The position numbers and the translations under genes were made by a program. A stretch of 62,966 nt of DNA, filler included, from Octopus bimaculoides (Eukaryota), in NCBI RefSeq assembly GCF_001194135.2. It is 5 parts of 5 records of this genome, joined end to end, with 100 filler letters (N's around TTAATTAATTAA, not from the genome) between each part and the next. Parts side by side here need not be neighbours in the genome. Positions count along the whole stretch, not along the records: positions 18,403 to 35,664 come from NC_068997.1; 4 more parts are not named here. One strand, 5' to 3'. Within the stretch, counting starts at the first letter, position 1. Each line of letters starts with the position of its first letter. Positions 20,718 through 33,028 of this stretch are shown piece after piece. Under the pieces are notes generated by a model that saw only the letters and a program-made list of their open reading frames with translations, had not been told where the DNA came from and did not search any database.

Positions 20718-22758
20718 AACGTTCGTACGTACAAGTGTTAATGATTGTGTGTTTTAGCGAATATGTGCGCGCGATTGAGTTATACCTGAGAATCTTTCCG
20801 AACACATTACTTTACATAATTATTTTCCAACGACAAACATTAATTTCCTAAACCAATAGAAAAAATTTGGAAAGACAACGAACTTGAAAATATGGATAAT
20901 GAATATGTGAAATTAGGCACAGACAAACACATATACAACTACGCGTAGACACACATCATCATCATCATCATCATCGTTTAACGTCCGCTTTCCATGCTAG
21001 CATGGGTTGGACGATTTGACTGAGGACTGGTGAAACCGGATGGCAACACCAGGCTCCAGTCTGATTTGGCAGAGTTTCTACGGCTGGATGCCCTTCCTAA
21101 CGCCAACCACTCAGAGAGTGTAGTGGGTGCTTTTACGTGTCACCCGCACGAAAACGGCCACGCTCGAAATGGTGTCTTTTATGTGCCACCTGCACAAGCC
21201 AGTCCAGGGGTACTGGCAACGATCTCNNNNNNNNNNNNNNNNNNNNNNNNNNNNNNNNNNNNNNNNNNNNNNNNNNNNNNNNNNNNNNNNNNNNNNNNNN
21301 NNNNNNNNNNNNNNNNNNNNNNNNNNNNNNNNNNNNNNNNNNNNNNNNNNNNNNNNNNNNNNNNNNNNNNNNNNNNNNNNNNNNNNNNNNNNNNNNNNNN
21401 NNNNNNNNNNNNNNNNNNNNNNNNNNNNNNNNNNNNNNNNNNNNNNNNNNNNNNNNNNNNNNNNNNNNNNNNNNNNNNNNNNNNNNNNNNNNNNNNNNNN
21501 NNNNNNNNNNNNNNNNNNNNNNNNNNNNNNNNNNNNNNNNNNNNNNNNNNNNNNNNNNNNNNNNNNNNNNNNNNNNNNNNNNNNNNNNNNNNNNNNNNNN
21601 NNNNNNNNNNNNNNNNNNNNNNNNNNNNNNNNNNNNNNNNNNNNNNNNNNNNNNNNNNNNNNNNNNNNNNNNNNNNNNNNNNNNNNNNNNNNNNNNNNNN
21701 NNNNNNNNNNNNNNNNNNNNNNNNNNNNNNNNNNNNNNNNNNNNNNNNNNNNNNNNNNNNNNNNNNNNNNNNNNNNNNNNNNNNNNNNNNNNNNNNNNNN
21801 NNNNNNNNNNNNNNNNNNNNNNNNNNNNNNNNNNNNNNNNNNNNNNNNNNNNNNNNNNNNNNNNNNNNNNNNNNTGTGTGTGTGTACATGTGTATGTACA
21901 TGTGAACGTATGTTTATGTACTGATATGTGTGTGTGTCAGTTCAAGTTGTATACATGACTGTTACTTTGTTGAAGGTTGTATACACACACATATACATAT
22001 GCATATACATATGCATATACATATATGTAGACACTCACACATATATGTGTGTGTGTGCGTTTGTCCCTCTTACCATCATCTAACGGTGAATGGATACAAC
22101 GTCTTAGATACATATAGGCACATATAACCTTGCTTATACATATATACAAGTACACACAATCATATAGACACTTACACACTCACAAATATACGTATAATCT
22201 TAAAGTATACACGCATGAAGCCACCACATGAATTCATAATTCCCGTTAGCGGCGAATTTTTAGATTATTTTTATTTGTTTCTCACCGGATTTTTTTTTAA
22301 TCAATTTATTTTATTTATTCAGTCATATTTTACTTTGATTATAAAATCACATCTTTCATAATTTTCACGCTCAAAATGGTAAAACATCATCCAAAATACT
22401 TGGAACATTTGAAAGGAATGTGATTCATTTTGCATTCCAATTCCAGTCACATATCTGAGGCATTACAGGAATATATATTAACGCAGTACTTAACCGGTAC
22501 TTTATCTTGTCGACCACGGACGTGTGAAAGGCAAGGTTGATTCAGAGTCACGAAAGGGCCAAGGTTCAATACATCAAACTATTTTTGCCAATCCATGTTT
22601 CAAGTTAATTATTTCCTACTAATTAAATTAATCTTGTTAGATAACCTAGAATTGAACAGCGAATACATAAACATTGTTACTTTTTATTCCCAGGTGAACA
22701 TTGGATGATCAGGCTTATGACATCCCAGCTGTGATCATCCATCTTTTTTCACACACCG

Positions 22759-23144
22759 TTGTTGTTGTTGTTGGCACTCCGTCGCCTACGACGTCGAGGG
22801 TTCCAGTTGATCCGATCAACGGAACAGCCTGCTCGTGAAATTAACGTGCAAGTGGCTGAGCACTCCACAGACACGTGTACCTTTAAACGTAGTTCTCGGG
22901 GGATATTCAGCGTGACACAGGGTGACAAGGCTGGCCCTTTGAATTATAGGCACAACAGAAATAGGAAGTAAGAGAAAGTTGTGGTGAAAGAGTACAGCAG
23001 GGTTCGCCACCATCCCCTGCCGGAGCCTCGTGGAGCTTTAGGTGTTATCACTCAATAAACACTCACAACGCCCGGTCTGGGAATCGAAACCGTGATCCTA
23101 TGACCGCGAGTCCGCTGCCCTAACCACTGGGCCATTGCGCCTCC
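22759..23144 (-). mobile_element. SINE family E (tRNA-derived head, (AAC)n tail)
   Basis: The minus strand begins GGAGGCGCAATGGCCCAGTGGTTAGGGCAGCGGACTCGCGG...GTTTCGATTCCCAGACC (A and B boxes). It continues into a non-tRNA body ending in (CAA)n. Confidence 0.82.
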
Positions 23145-23779
23145 TTACACCGTACACCAGCCAATATACTATCCGTATTTTAAGACAGTAAGATCAATGA
23201 TTCGAATCTTTTATTACATTATTATCCTTGGCTCTTATATGCAAAATATGTCGATACAAATAACATGTAGGAAATGAAACGGGTTACGGAAAGTAAACTC
23301 CAGAATTAATTATACGTATATTTTCTTTATTAACAAAATACCAGAAGAAAATAGACCACTTGTTACTTGACAGAATGATACAAATAAGAATATATACTTT
23401 TCTACTCTAGGCAAAAGACCCGAAATTTTGGGGGAGGGGGCCACTCGATTAGATCGACCTCAGTACGCAACTGGTACTTAATTTATCGACCCCGAAAGGA
23501 TGAAAGGCAAAGTCGACCTCGGCTGAATTTGAACTAAGAACGTAAAGACAGACAAAGAACTGCTAAGCGTTTCGCCCGGCGTGCTAACGGTTCTGCCAGC
23601 TCCACGCCGCCTTGCAAATGAAATCTAGAGCAAATGGTTGGCAAATACATTTCAAAAGACGACTGAGATAAGAATGCAACAGATTTTAATTTACAGCAAC
23701 AATCAAGGCAGAGTTTACATAAACGTATCTGTAAGAATATTTGCACAAAAGTCCACCTGGAGATCAAAGGGCTCCGAGG

Positions 23780-24620
23780 TTGATTGTCACTCTTGCTTAA
23801 GTGAAACTTCTGGACAGCCAGACTTCTGAAGCAGACGCACAACATAGAACGCTTGACCATGCCAAACGCCTTTGTTAGCTTGACGAAGGCGTAACATATG
23901 TATTCATGATACTTCAAGAATACGAGGTGCAAATATCATGTCAGAAGTGCTTCTTTCTGGTCGAAATCTATATTAGGACTAAGGTATAACCAGGTTGACA
24001 ATATGAAGTAGCAGACGACGAGGATGAACATGAGAGAGGACCTTTGCCGGCATCATCTAGAAGAGTAATTCCTCTCCCGTTGACACACTCTGCACGGCCT
24101 CTCTCGCGCTTGTAGATTGCAAAGATATTGGAGTATATCCACCTGTCAGGTATAGTCTTCCCTTGTCAACAGAGAAGAAACAAAGAGTGAACATTGGATG
24201 TGATGTGAAGTATCGCAGTTTTTTTCTTTCAGTAAGGTGCTTTTAGATGATCTCACCGGAGCAGTCACCTGTTTGGGCCTAAAAATTCTCTTAATCCAGT
24301 TGTAGAATTCATGGGTTTTGTTCTCGTCTACAAAACGTTAAGTTTCTTCTACCTTACGAAGCCAGCAGTCGTTTTGAGCATTCCTGGTGACATGTTGTGC
24401 AGTGGTGCTACGAGCGTCCTTCCATTTTTGGCGCAGGGGTGCAGAGCCCGGGTTGACTAGAACAGCATCGTGGAGTTTGTTCTTCTCGGACAGGAAAGGT
24501 TCTATGATCTCAGCCGATTCATCAAACCAATCGGGGTTGCGACGCGTCGTTGTCCCGGGGGTCGCCTTGGCAATATCTTGTAGAACACAAAGGGATGAGT
24601 CCCAGAGTTACGTAAGGTCA
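23780..24620 (-). mobile_element. RTE-BovB-like LINE relic (linker to RT start)
   Basis: TTTRRNPDWFDESAEIIEPFLSEKNKLH...THEFYNWIKRIF and YAFVKLTKAFGMVKR, versus RTE DWFDE and AFVDLTKAFDTV. Confidence 0.75.
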
Positions 24621-24974
24621 GCAGCCAAAAGGTCAGAGACAAGCGGGAGCTGATCTTGAATTCCACATTGAAACTGAGTACGCTTCGTGGGATTGGAGAG
24701 GGCAACGAACATCATTTGGATATTATTTCTGACTTGGGCCTGCTGGATAGAACCCAGCCTTATGCTCCGAAAACTCCACATTGCTTGCTAAAGGACCATT
24801 AGCTTGATCTTTTTTTTTTCATCTAATCCTTCTATTAGATTAATATGCCCAACTAGGTCTGATTTGGGCAGGATTAGCAAGTTTATCATTGATAGGATTA
24901 TTCCCATCGTTAGAGATAAGGTTAAGCTTCCCCTTTAGGATTCCACTGGGGATGTCATTTTTTTGGTTCAGTTC

Positions 24975-25180
24975 TCTCACGGATAGGCATGATCTGAAAT
25001 TTATCCACGTCGACATTTCGAATTACTATCATTTAATTTCCTCTATGCTGCTAAACAAAGCCCTTATCTTCGCCCGGAATTTTGTGAATATACCTCGTTC
25101 TGACATCGATATAATCTTAGCAGCGAGGGAGACCGTAGTTTCCTTTAATAAGCATGGTTGCATGAGGGCAGACTGAGGGT
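24975..25180 (+). mobile_element. Penelope-like reverse transcriptase relic
   Basis: LKFIHVDISNYYHLISSMLLNKALIFARNFVNIPRSDIDIILAARETVVSF resembles PLE RT FxxFDIxxFYPSI...LLNKALxFA...DIxII..ARKS. Confidence 0.72.
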
Positions 25181-27214
25181 TGACCGAGGTAATCCCTTTC
25201 TGTAATCATAAATTTTCTTCGATGTTTTTAAAAATATATAGAAAAAAGATTAAAGGAGTTAAATAGTATTACGTTACTAGATATTGAAACCGGATATTTA
25301 AATTCGTATGAATGGAAGCCAGCTAGTCTGTTTGCCATATAATTAAATCTAAAATTTTTGCCTTCTTTTGCGTAGTATTTTTGGACTAATCAGGTTAAAG
25401 GTTGTATTATAAATAGCAGTTGGAGCCTATACAGTAACTTTAAAACGTGTAAACCCGGGGTTATAGCAACGACTTACGTGAATGGATTACACTGCAGTAT
25501 GGTGAACTTGACTGATTTCTGTGAGTTAAATTGTTTGTTACGGTGTTTAACTGTTTTGTGTTTAACGACATCTTGTTTTGCTGCCTAAAGCGGCTTTGTT
25601 GGCGCTTTCCCACTTGCTTGAAGTGGGAAAGCGCGATAAAGAAGGAGAAATACGAGAATATCTGCTCCTGGGGAAATACGAGAATATCTGCTCCTCGGAC
25701 TTGACGTCGTCTGAGAAGGAGATGCTGAAATGTGTGAAGACGATGGACGAGGTATTGAAAAGGAAGAAGAGTTTTGCAGAAACAACTGTCCCACCCTCCC
25801 CCGCTGCAGTCTCCAACTCTCACCCCACCCCGCATGACACAGACAGAATGACAAACACACAGGAGCCTGAAAAATACCCCATCCCCATTCCAAAAACAAA
25901 AAAAAAACAAAAAAACTGTATGCCCTTTTGTACAGCAAAAAAATAAGAGAGGAGATGAACTGGCAAGTGTCGGTGGACGTTTCAAAATGCAAGGGATGGA
26001 CCAAGTATGTTTGAATATGCACCATAGTAAGCAACGAAGAGAGGAATGCACTAAAGAAAAGATCTTAGAGATAAATGTAAGTAAGCTGCCATCAATGGTG
26101 GCCTTTCTCCTTCTTGAACTCGAGAACTATTTGCTGTGAATTAATGTTGTAAATGAAAACAAAGACGGAATAAATTGTATTAAGACAGTTTAAATGAGCT
26201 CTCTCGGCTGCTGGTCGAGTGGCCGTTATTCCACCTTCCATTGTTTATAACTATCTTTTTCATTCGTTTTTATTTTCTTCCCACATATATGTTTGTCTAT
26301 CCTTGTATTGTCCCTCATCGTTTAGCCTTTTGTGGGTAATAAAGAAAATTTAATATGTGTAACCCTTTGAAACACTGTTCATCCTGACGAGGGGTGGGGG
26401 TCATTGCCTAAGATGCGTATAGCGTGCATAGGAGGAACGACAAACTCCTGAGATGGCCATAGGTAGTGGATGTTAAATTACCTTCGCAAAGATGTGAATT
26501 ATTTACCCACCTGGATTCTTAGGCTCCTGCAATTATCTTGGACTTCGACTATATTGACTTTTACATTTTATATATTTTTTCATAGGTGCGTATAATTTTA
26601 TTTTATATACTTTTCTCTTTAAATTTTTAGTCGATTAACTTACTGTAATCTTTTTTAGATGAATTTTAGTCGATTTTTCTGAGCAGGTCCTGTGTATTTT
26701 ATATTTTTTTTTTATATGATTTTTACCTGGTGTTTGTTTTTTGACATTTGAAAGCCATGGTATCATTGAAGCGTGGCTATATAAAGTTCGTTAGCCTGAA
26801 TTCAATGTTTNNNNNNNNNNNNNNNNNNNNNNNNNNNNNNNNNNNNNNNNNNNNNNNNNNNNNNNNNNNNNNNNNNNNNNNNNNNNNNNNNNNNNNNNNN
26901 NNNNNNNNNNNNNNNNNNNNNNNNNNNNNNNNNNNNNNNNNNNNNNNNNNNNNCTCGTCTGTTGTTGTTTTTCGTACATTCTCCCATATATATATGTGTG
27001 TGTGTGTGTGCATGTATGTGTGCATGTATGTGTGTATGAATAAATGTATTCACATATATATATATATGCATCCATATCTATATATAGACAGAGACAGACA
27101 GTTGTTTCAAGAAGTCAAAAGTTATGTAATAACCATAATTCACAGGTGATATGTCGTCTTTCCGCCAGCGACCAGTCCGGATGAAGTTATTACAGTAAGT
27201 CCGGCCTCCAGTAG

Positions 27215-27392
27215 CAATGCACACCAAAGAACCAAAAGCAGTGATCCGATTTCTCTGGTTGGAAGGTGTGTCAGATGCCGAAATTCATCGTAGGCTTTTA
27301 GCACAATACGGGGTCCGTGCATCATGCGTAGAAGTGTGTATGAGTGGATCGAGAAGTTTAAAAGTGGCCGGACAAGGGTGACGCACAAAGAG
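27215..27392 (+). mobile_element. Mariner transposase N-terminal fragment
   Basis: AVIRFLWLEGVSDAEIHRRLLAQYG...RSVYEWIEKFKSGRTRVT (mariner HTH), with one frameshift. Confidence 0.8.
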
Positions 27393-28130
27393 GCAACACG
27401 TCTTTTTCTTGTGCTAAGGAAGATATATTGATTTTTCCCATCGAGATTTTGTTTGCTGTTGCGGTGTGAGTTCGTGTCTGTTTAACTCTTTGTATTGAAT
27501 AACTGTTGGTATACAGTTGTTTTCGCCCTACGGGGCGAAAAAAAATTCTAGGTAAAAAACTTTATTTGTGTTTTTGTCTTTTGACAAATATGGCTACTCT
27601 AATTGTAGCGGAAGGTGTCCTTCCCATGGAGGANNNNNNNNNNNNNNNNNNNNNNNNNNNNNNNNNNNNNNNNNNNNNNNNNNNNNNNNNNNNNNNNNNN
27701 NNNNNNNNNNNNNNNNNNNNNNNNNNNNNNNNNNNNNNNNNNNNNNNNNNNNNNNNNNNNNNNNNNNNNNNNNNNNNNNNNNNNNNNNNNNNNNNNNNNN
27801 NNNNNNNNNNNNNNNNNNNNNNNNNNNNNNNNNNNNNNNNNNNNNNNNNNNNNNNNNNNNNNNNNNNNNNNNNNNNNNNNNNNNNNNNNNNNNNNNNNNN
27901 NNNNNNNNNNNNNNNNNNNNNNNNNNNNNNNNNNNNNNNNNNNNNNNNNNNNNNNNNNNNNNNNNNNNNNNNNNNNNNNNNNNNNNNNNNNNNNNNNNNN
28001 NNNNNNNNNNNNNNNNNNNNNNNNNNNNNNNNNNNNNNNNNNNNNNNNNNNNNNNNNNNNNNNNNNNNNNNNNNNNNNNNNNNNNNNNNNNNNNNNNNNN
28101 NNNGTGCGTATAATTCTTGACTCTCCCTCT

Positions 28131-28161
<31 letters not shown>

Positions 28162-28162
<1 letters not shown>

Positions 28163-28545
28163 GGCATAGGCGTGGCTGTGTGTAGCAAGAAGCTTGCTTC
28201 CCAACCACATGGTTCCGGGTTCAACCCCACTGCGTGGCACTTCGGGCAAGTGTCTTATACTATAACCTCGGGCCAACAAAAGCTTTGTAAGTGGATTTGG
28301 TAGATGGAAACTGAAAGAAGCCCGTCGTATATAGATATATATTTATATGTGTATTTGTCCCCCTCCCTTCACTACTTGACAACCGGTGGTGGTGTGTTTA
28401 CGTCCCCGTAACCTAGTGGTTCAGCAAAATAGACCGTTAGGATAAGTACTAGACTTAAAAATTAAGTCCTGGGGTCAATTTGCCTAAAATCCTTCAACGT
28501 GGTGCTCCAGCACGGCCGCAGTCAAATGAATGAAACAAGAATAAA
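28162..28545 (+). mobile_element. SINE family B, gap-free plus-strand copy
   Basis: AGGCATAGGCGTGGCTGTGTGTAG...GGTTCAACCCC...GGTGCTCCAGCACGGCCGCAGTCAAATGAATGAAACAAG; reverse complement of the 5113-5542 family. Confidence 0.88.
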
Positions 28546-31336
28546 ACAAATAATCCTTTCTACTATAGGCGCAAAGCCTGAAATTGGAGAGGGGTAATCG
28601 ATTACATCGACCCCAGTGGTCAACTGGTATTTAATTTATCAAGCAGGGATGGAATTTATAAATATTTAAATGTATCACTACACGCGTTTCCATAGTCTGC
28701 ATACCTGCGATGACTATGGTCACAAAAAAACCTGGTTTGTGGAAATGAGTGTAGCGATACATTAAAATATTTATAAATTCCATCTCTGGATTATTATTAT
28801 TATTATTATTATTATTCCTATATTTATCCTACGTTATTTTGGCACAGTTCGGTACGATCTCATAAAAATGCTGATACAGGTTGGAATCACAAGGCCATAG
28901 TCATGATAACAGCAGCTTTTNNNNNNNNNNCACACACACATATACACACACATACATACACACACACACACACATGCATACATGCATACATGCATACATG
29001 CATACATACATGCATGCATACATACATGCATACATGCATGCATGCATGCATGCATGCATGCATGCATGAGAGAGAGAGACAGTTTCAAAATGGGTATTGA
29101 ATAATTTCAACGCCAGTCTGCTAGAAATAGACCTCGAATGGTCCTTGAACGACTAAAAAATTTTACTCCACTACCACAAGGTTGTGAGCGACGAAAATAG
29201 ACAGCGCGGATTTATAAAATAATTTGGATATTACCATATCTATAGATTTCACGGTTCAGCACCCTTAATTAAAACTTCAATATAAATTGACCATTATGGT
29301 ATTTTAGTATGCAGGCCACTGATAAATTCATTAAATAATGACTTTATCCTAATTACTTATATATAGCACATAAAAATATAAATACTAACATGTAAATATA
29401 GGGCTGAAAAATCTTTTTAGACTCTTCATGGTGGTGCTCCAGCATGACCACAGCCACCTGGCTGAAACAAGTGCGTATATATATATATATATGTATATAT
29501 ATAGGCGCAGGAGTGGCTGTGTGGTAAGTAGCTCGCCTACCAACCACATGGTTCCGGGTTCAGTCCCACTGCGTGGCACCTTGGGTAATTGTCTTCTACA
29601 AGGCCGACCAAAGCCTTGTGAGTGGATTTGGTAGACGGAAACTGAAAGAAACCTGTCGTATATATGTATATGTTTGTGTGTCTGTGTTTGTCTCCCCCCC
29701 CCCAANNNNNNNNNNNNNNNNNNNNNNNNNNNNNNNNNNNNNNNNNNNNNNNNNNNNNNNNNNNNNNNNNNNNNNNNNNNNNNNNNNNNNNNNNNNNNNN
29801 NNNNNNNNNNNNNNNNNNNNNNNNNNNNNNNNNNNNNNNNNNNNNNNNNNNNNNNNNNNNNNNNNNNNNNNNNNNNNNNNNNNNNNNNNNNNNNNNNNNN
29901 NNNNNNNNNNNNNNNNNNNNNNNNNNNNNNNNNNNNNNNNNNNNNNNNNNNNNNNNNNNNNNNNNNNNNNNNNNNNNNNNNNNNNNNNNAGAGACCGATA
30001 GAATAAGTACTAGGCACTCAAAGAATAAGTCATGGGGTCGATTTGCTCGACTAAAGGCGGTGCTCCAGCATGGCCGCAGTCAAATGACTGAAACGAGTAA
30101 AAGAGTATATATATATATATATATATCCTAAAATTATATATATATATAAAATTATGTATATATATTGTACGTATATCTGTTTAAATCTACATAAATGTTT
30201 TCACTTAAATATAAAAGTTTAGTTTTCTTTTACAGCATCTTTTCTCTTGCCTCTCATTACATCATTATCACCATCATTGCCTACAACGTATTTTAACGCT
30301 ATTCCATATTTTGTGTGCAGTACAGAAATAGCAGCTTCGTATATGCGAGTGCGGTGCAGGAGAGATCTGGTAACTATGGATACCACTGTAGTATGGCGTG
30401 TATCGATCAGTATCTGATGGGAAGTGAATTTCCGTCGTATCTATAAGAGTATGTACGGAGTGAGTGAATGAGGGGAGACGGAATAAAACGAGGTGAGAAT
30501 GGAGACAACATAGGTTATTGGAGGAGGAGGTGGTGGTGGTGGTGGTGGTAGGATTGAATAGGGTTGATTGAACGACGTAGCTAAAGCGCCTGAAGGAGAA
30601 AATGTGAGAGAATGGTTTGAAAGACGTGTGTTGGTGCGTGTGTTTATGATTGTGTCACTGTCTGTGCGGATTTGTGTGCGTTAGTGTTGTATACAAGAGT
30701 TGTGGGGGGAGGGGTAAGGTGAGAGAGGGCAAATATAGAACTAAAACCGGTAAAAGCTGACGTCTTCAATAACGGTTAAGTGTCATGGCTAACGAACAAG
30801 GAAATACCATTGAGAGATCAACATTTTGTATCTTGCTTACGGTCAGCTGTTTCATGTGCCTTCTCTTTGCGATAAGAGAAGGAAATCGAACGATGCCTAA
30901 TAAAATCTAACGTGTGGAACAAGATCTAAATAACAGGAAATAAACTCGGTGATGCCCAGATGTGTAGACAAACGTATGACATGGGAATTTCACAGATTTC
31001 CCGATACCTACATGGGTAATTTGAACTACTTATGTCAATTAAAAAAAAAAAAAAAAGCTTTGACTAATTTTGTACTACTTTCGGAACACATGTGCGTGCA
31101 CGTGTGTGTTTGTAAACAGCTAACGACATAGGCTCCTTTTAGCTAATTCACATAACTGATAGATTATAAAGAGACTTAAGAAATGTAATGTTCCAACTTG
31201 TAGGATGACTGACACAAAAATCTGTTAGACTTGCCTAGAAATTTGCAGTGGAAAAACACTTCACAGACGATATGTGTTACAATTCTTTTAGCAACTTGTA
31301 GTATGACATTGGATCGTATCAAACTACATAGAAGTT

Positions 31337-31532
31337 CATTATTTACATTTGACGGATATTTGTCCTCATCTTGTTTGTTGTTAACACAACGTTTCGGCTG
31401 ATATGCCCTCCAACCTTCATCAGGTGTCTTGGAGAAATTTCGAACCTGGGTTCTCATTCCTAAGGTATTTTTCAATGCTATTATTATTATGATTATTATT
31501 ATTACTATTTTTCAGGTCACTGCCTGGAATCG
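31337..31532 (-). mobile_element. SINE-like element carrying the hammerhead; 5'-truncated
   Basis: The minus strand begins CGATTCCAGGCAGTGACCTGA (3' half of a B-box-like GTTCGATTCC). An (AAT)n spacer, the body and the ribozyme near the 3' end follow. Confidence 0.55.
31383..31428 (-). ncRNA. Minimal type I hammerhead ribozyme (dimeric architecture), intact catalytic core
   Basis: The minus strand reads GACAC-CUGAUGA-A-GGUUGG-agggcaua-UCAGCC-GAAAC-GUU-GUGUU. It has both conserved boxes, a 6-bp stem II, a 4-5 bp stem I and a palindromic ACGU stem III. Predicted cleavage is after GUU. Confidence 0.72.
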
Positions 31533-32969
31533 TAGAAGCTTATTAAACAAAATGTGGTTTCTCAATTCTCATACATTTCATTATGAATTAAAACACTTTG
31601 TGAATTCTCCATGCTACTAACCTTTCCGAAACATTGAACATTTAATGTCAATTGATGACAAAATACAATAAATGGCTTTCTTACGGCTTCGAATATGCCT
31701 CATGCATATCGGAACTGGTAACAAGATTGTATTATATTTGAATGCTAATGATATTTGTAGGAATGCAATTCTCTTCCTTAAAGAAGAAATTAAATAATGC
31801 CTCTTCTAAGGAAGTTTAATTTAGAGTGAGCATCATTGGTGACTATTTGAATGGCTAGGACCCAGTGGAGTAGCGTGGGTTTTGGCTGCCCTCTGTGGAA
31901 GTCTAGTTAGCTGCTGCCTTCTTTTAATGTAGCATGCCTTTCACTACCACACAAACAAACATGTAGAAAATAGTTGCCTCATACAGTCCGCACATCCTGT
32001 AGAGCCGCACACTGCTCTACTGCTTTGGCCGAAATATATTAAGGAACTTCTAACAAATCTTTACAATCTGAACTATCGTCTTATTTTGATCGTTCCATTG
32101 CACTTTTGTGTTTCTACACGCTTTAACTTTTTTTTTATATATATAAAATACAGTTCACCGGTAATCTGCAGAGTCCCTCACGTTTTTCTCTCTCACTTCC
32201 CGACAAAAATAGGAACGGCATGGTTTCTTTAACGTGACAAGTAATAAAGTTCTTTTCTAGGGTTTGGTCTTCTCTACCTAAGAAAAATCTTTAAACTTCG
32301 TTTTGGCTTGCTTCCTAGACAGGCTGTCTTTGTTGCAACTGTAAAAGCCACGTTTAGTAAAATAGTCCATTATAAAAAATGCATTCAAGTTTACCAGAAG
32401 GACGCACAGTAATGAGAGGAGACGCAGAAGATGCGAAATTCAAGACGATGTTAATATAGTGTTTAAGAAATAAGCAGCAGGAATTAGAAGAGAACAAGTA
32501 GAGCGGAGTGAGTTTGTTTCCATTTCCAGCTTAATTTTTTCAGTTTACTTTTATGTCGTTAATTCCCCAGGGAAACAGATGCCTCAATCTTTGCTTCTCG
32601 AAGTTCAACGAGTGCGCATGTGCAGAGTGACAGGAAGAGAAGTTGTAACAGAAAAATGAATATATATCAATGTAAAGCTTAAACCCACTTAAGAGGAGTT
32701 ATTGTTAATCAGCTCCAGATCAGCGCTAATCCATGATCAAAAGCTTTCCGGCCATGACTATCCCGCCATCTAAGAATATGTTGGAATATCCATTCCTTCC
32801 CCAATAGTGCAAGGTATGATTTGAGGGAAATGTGGAAGCTATTTCTTGCAGAGGTGGTGTGGTCCACTATTGCAGGTTTTATTCTGTCTGTCTATATCTA
32901 CCTACTTCACAACTGTACACTTCACTGTGTCTTCCTACGTCACTGCTGTACATTTCACTGCATCTGACA

Positions 32970-33028
32970 ACGTCACTGCGTCATCATTACGTCACTATAG
33001 CAGACTGTAGTGACGTCACACAACGTCA
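32970..33028. promoter_or_regulatory. Cluster of CRE/ATF-like sites with a hairpin
   Basis: Full TGACGTCA at 33011-33018, and CGTCA half-sites at 32971, 32979, 32990 and 33024. Stem ACGTCACTATAG-caga-CTGTAGTGACGT. Function untested. Confidence 0.3.

Noticed and set aside
23065-23144. tRNA gene (also at 60668, 28162 and 5470-5542)
   Set aside because: A and B boxes are present but there is no complete cloverleaf or acceptor stem, and each continues into a repeated SINE body.
26360-26410. Type II hammerhead (GAAAC...CTGACGA)
   Set aside because: Only 4 nt separate the putative cleavage site from CUGACGA, so stem I cannot form, and stem II would be mostly G-U.
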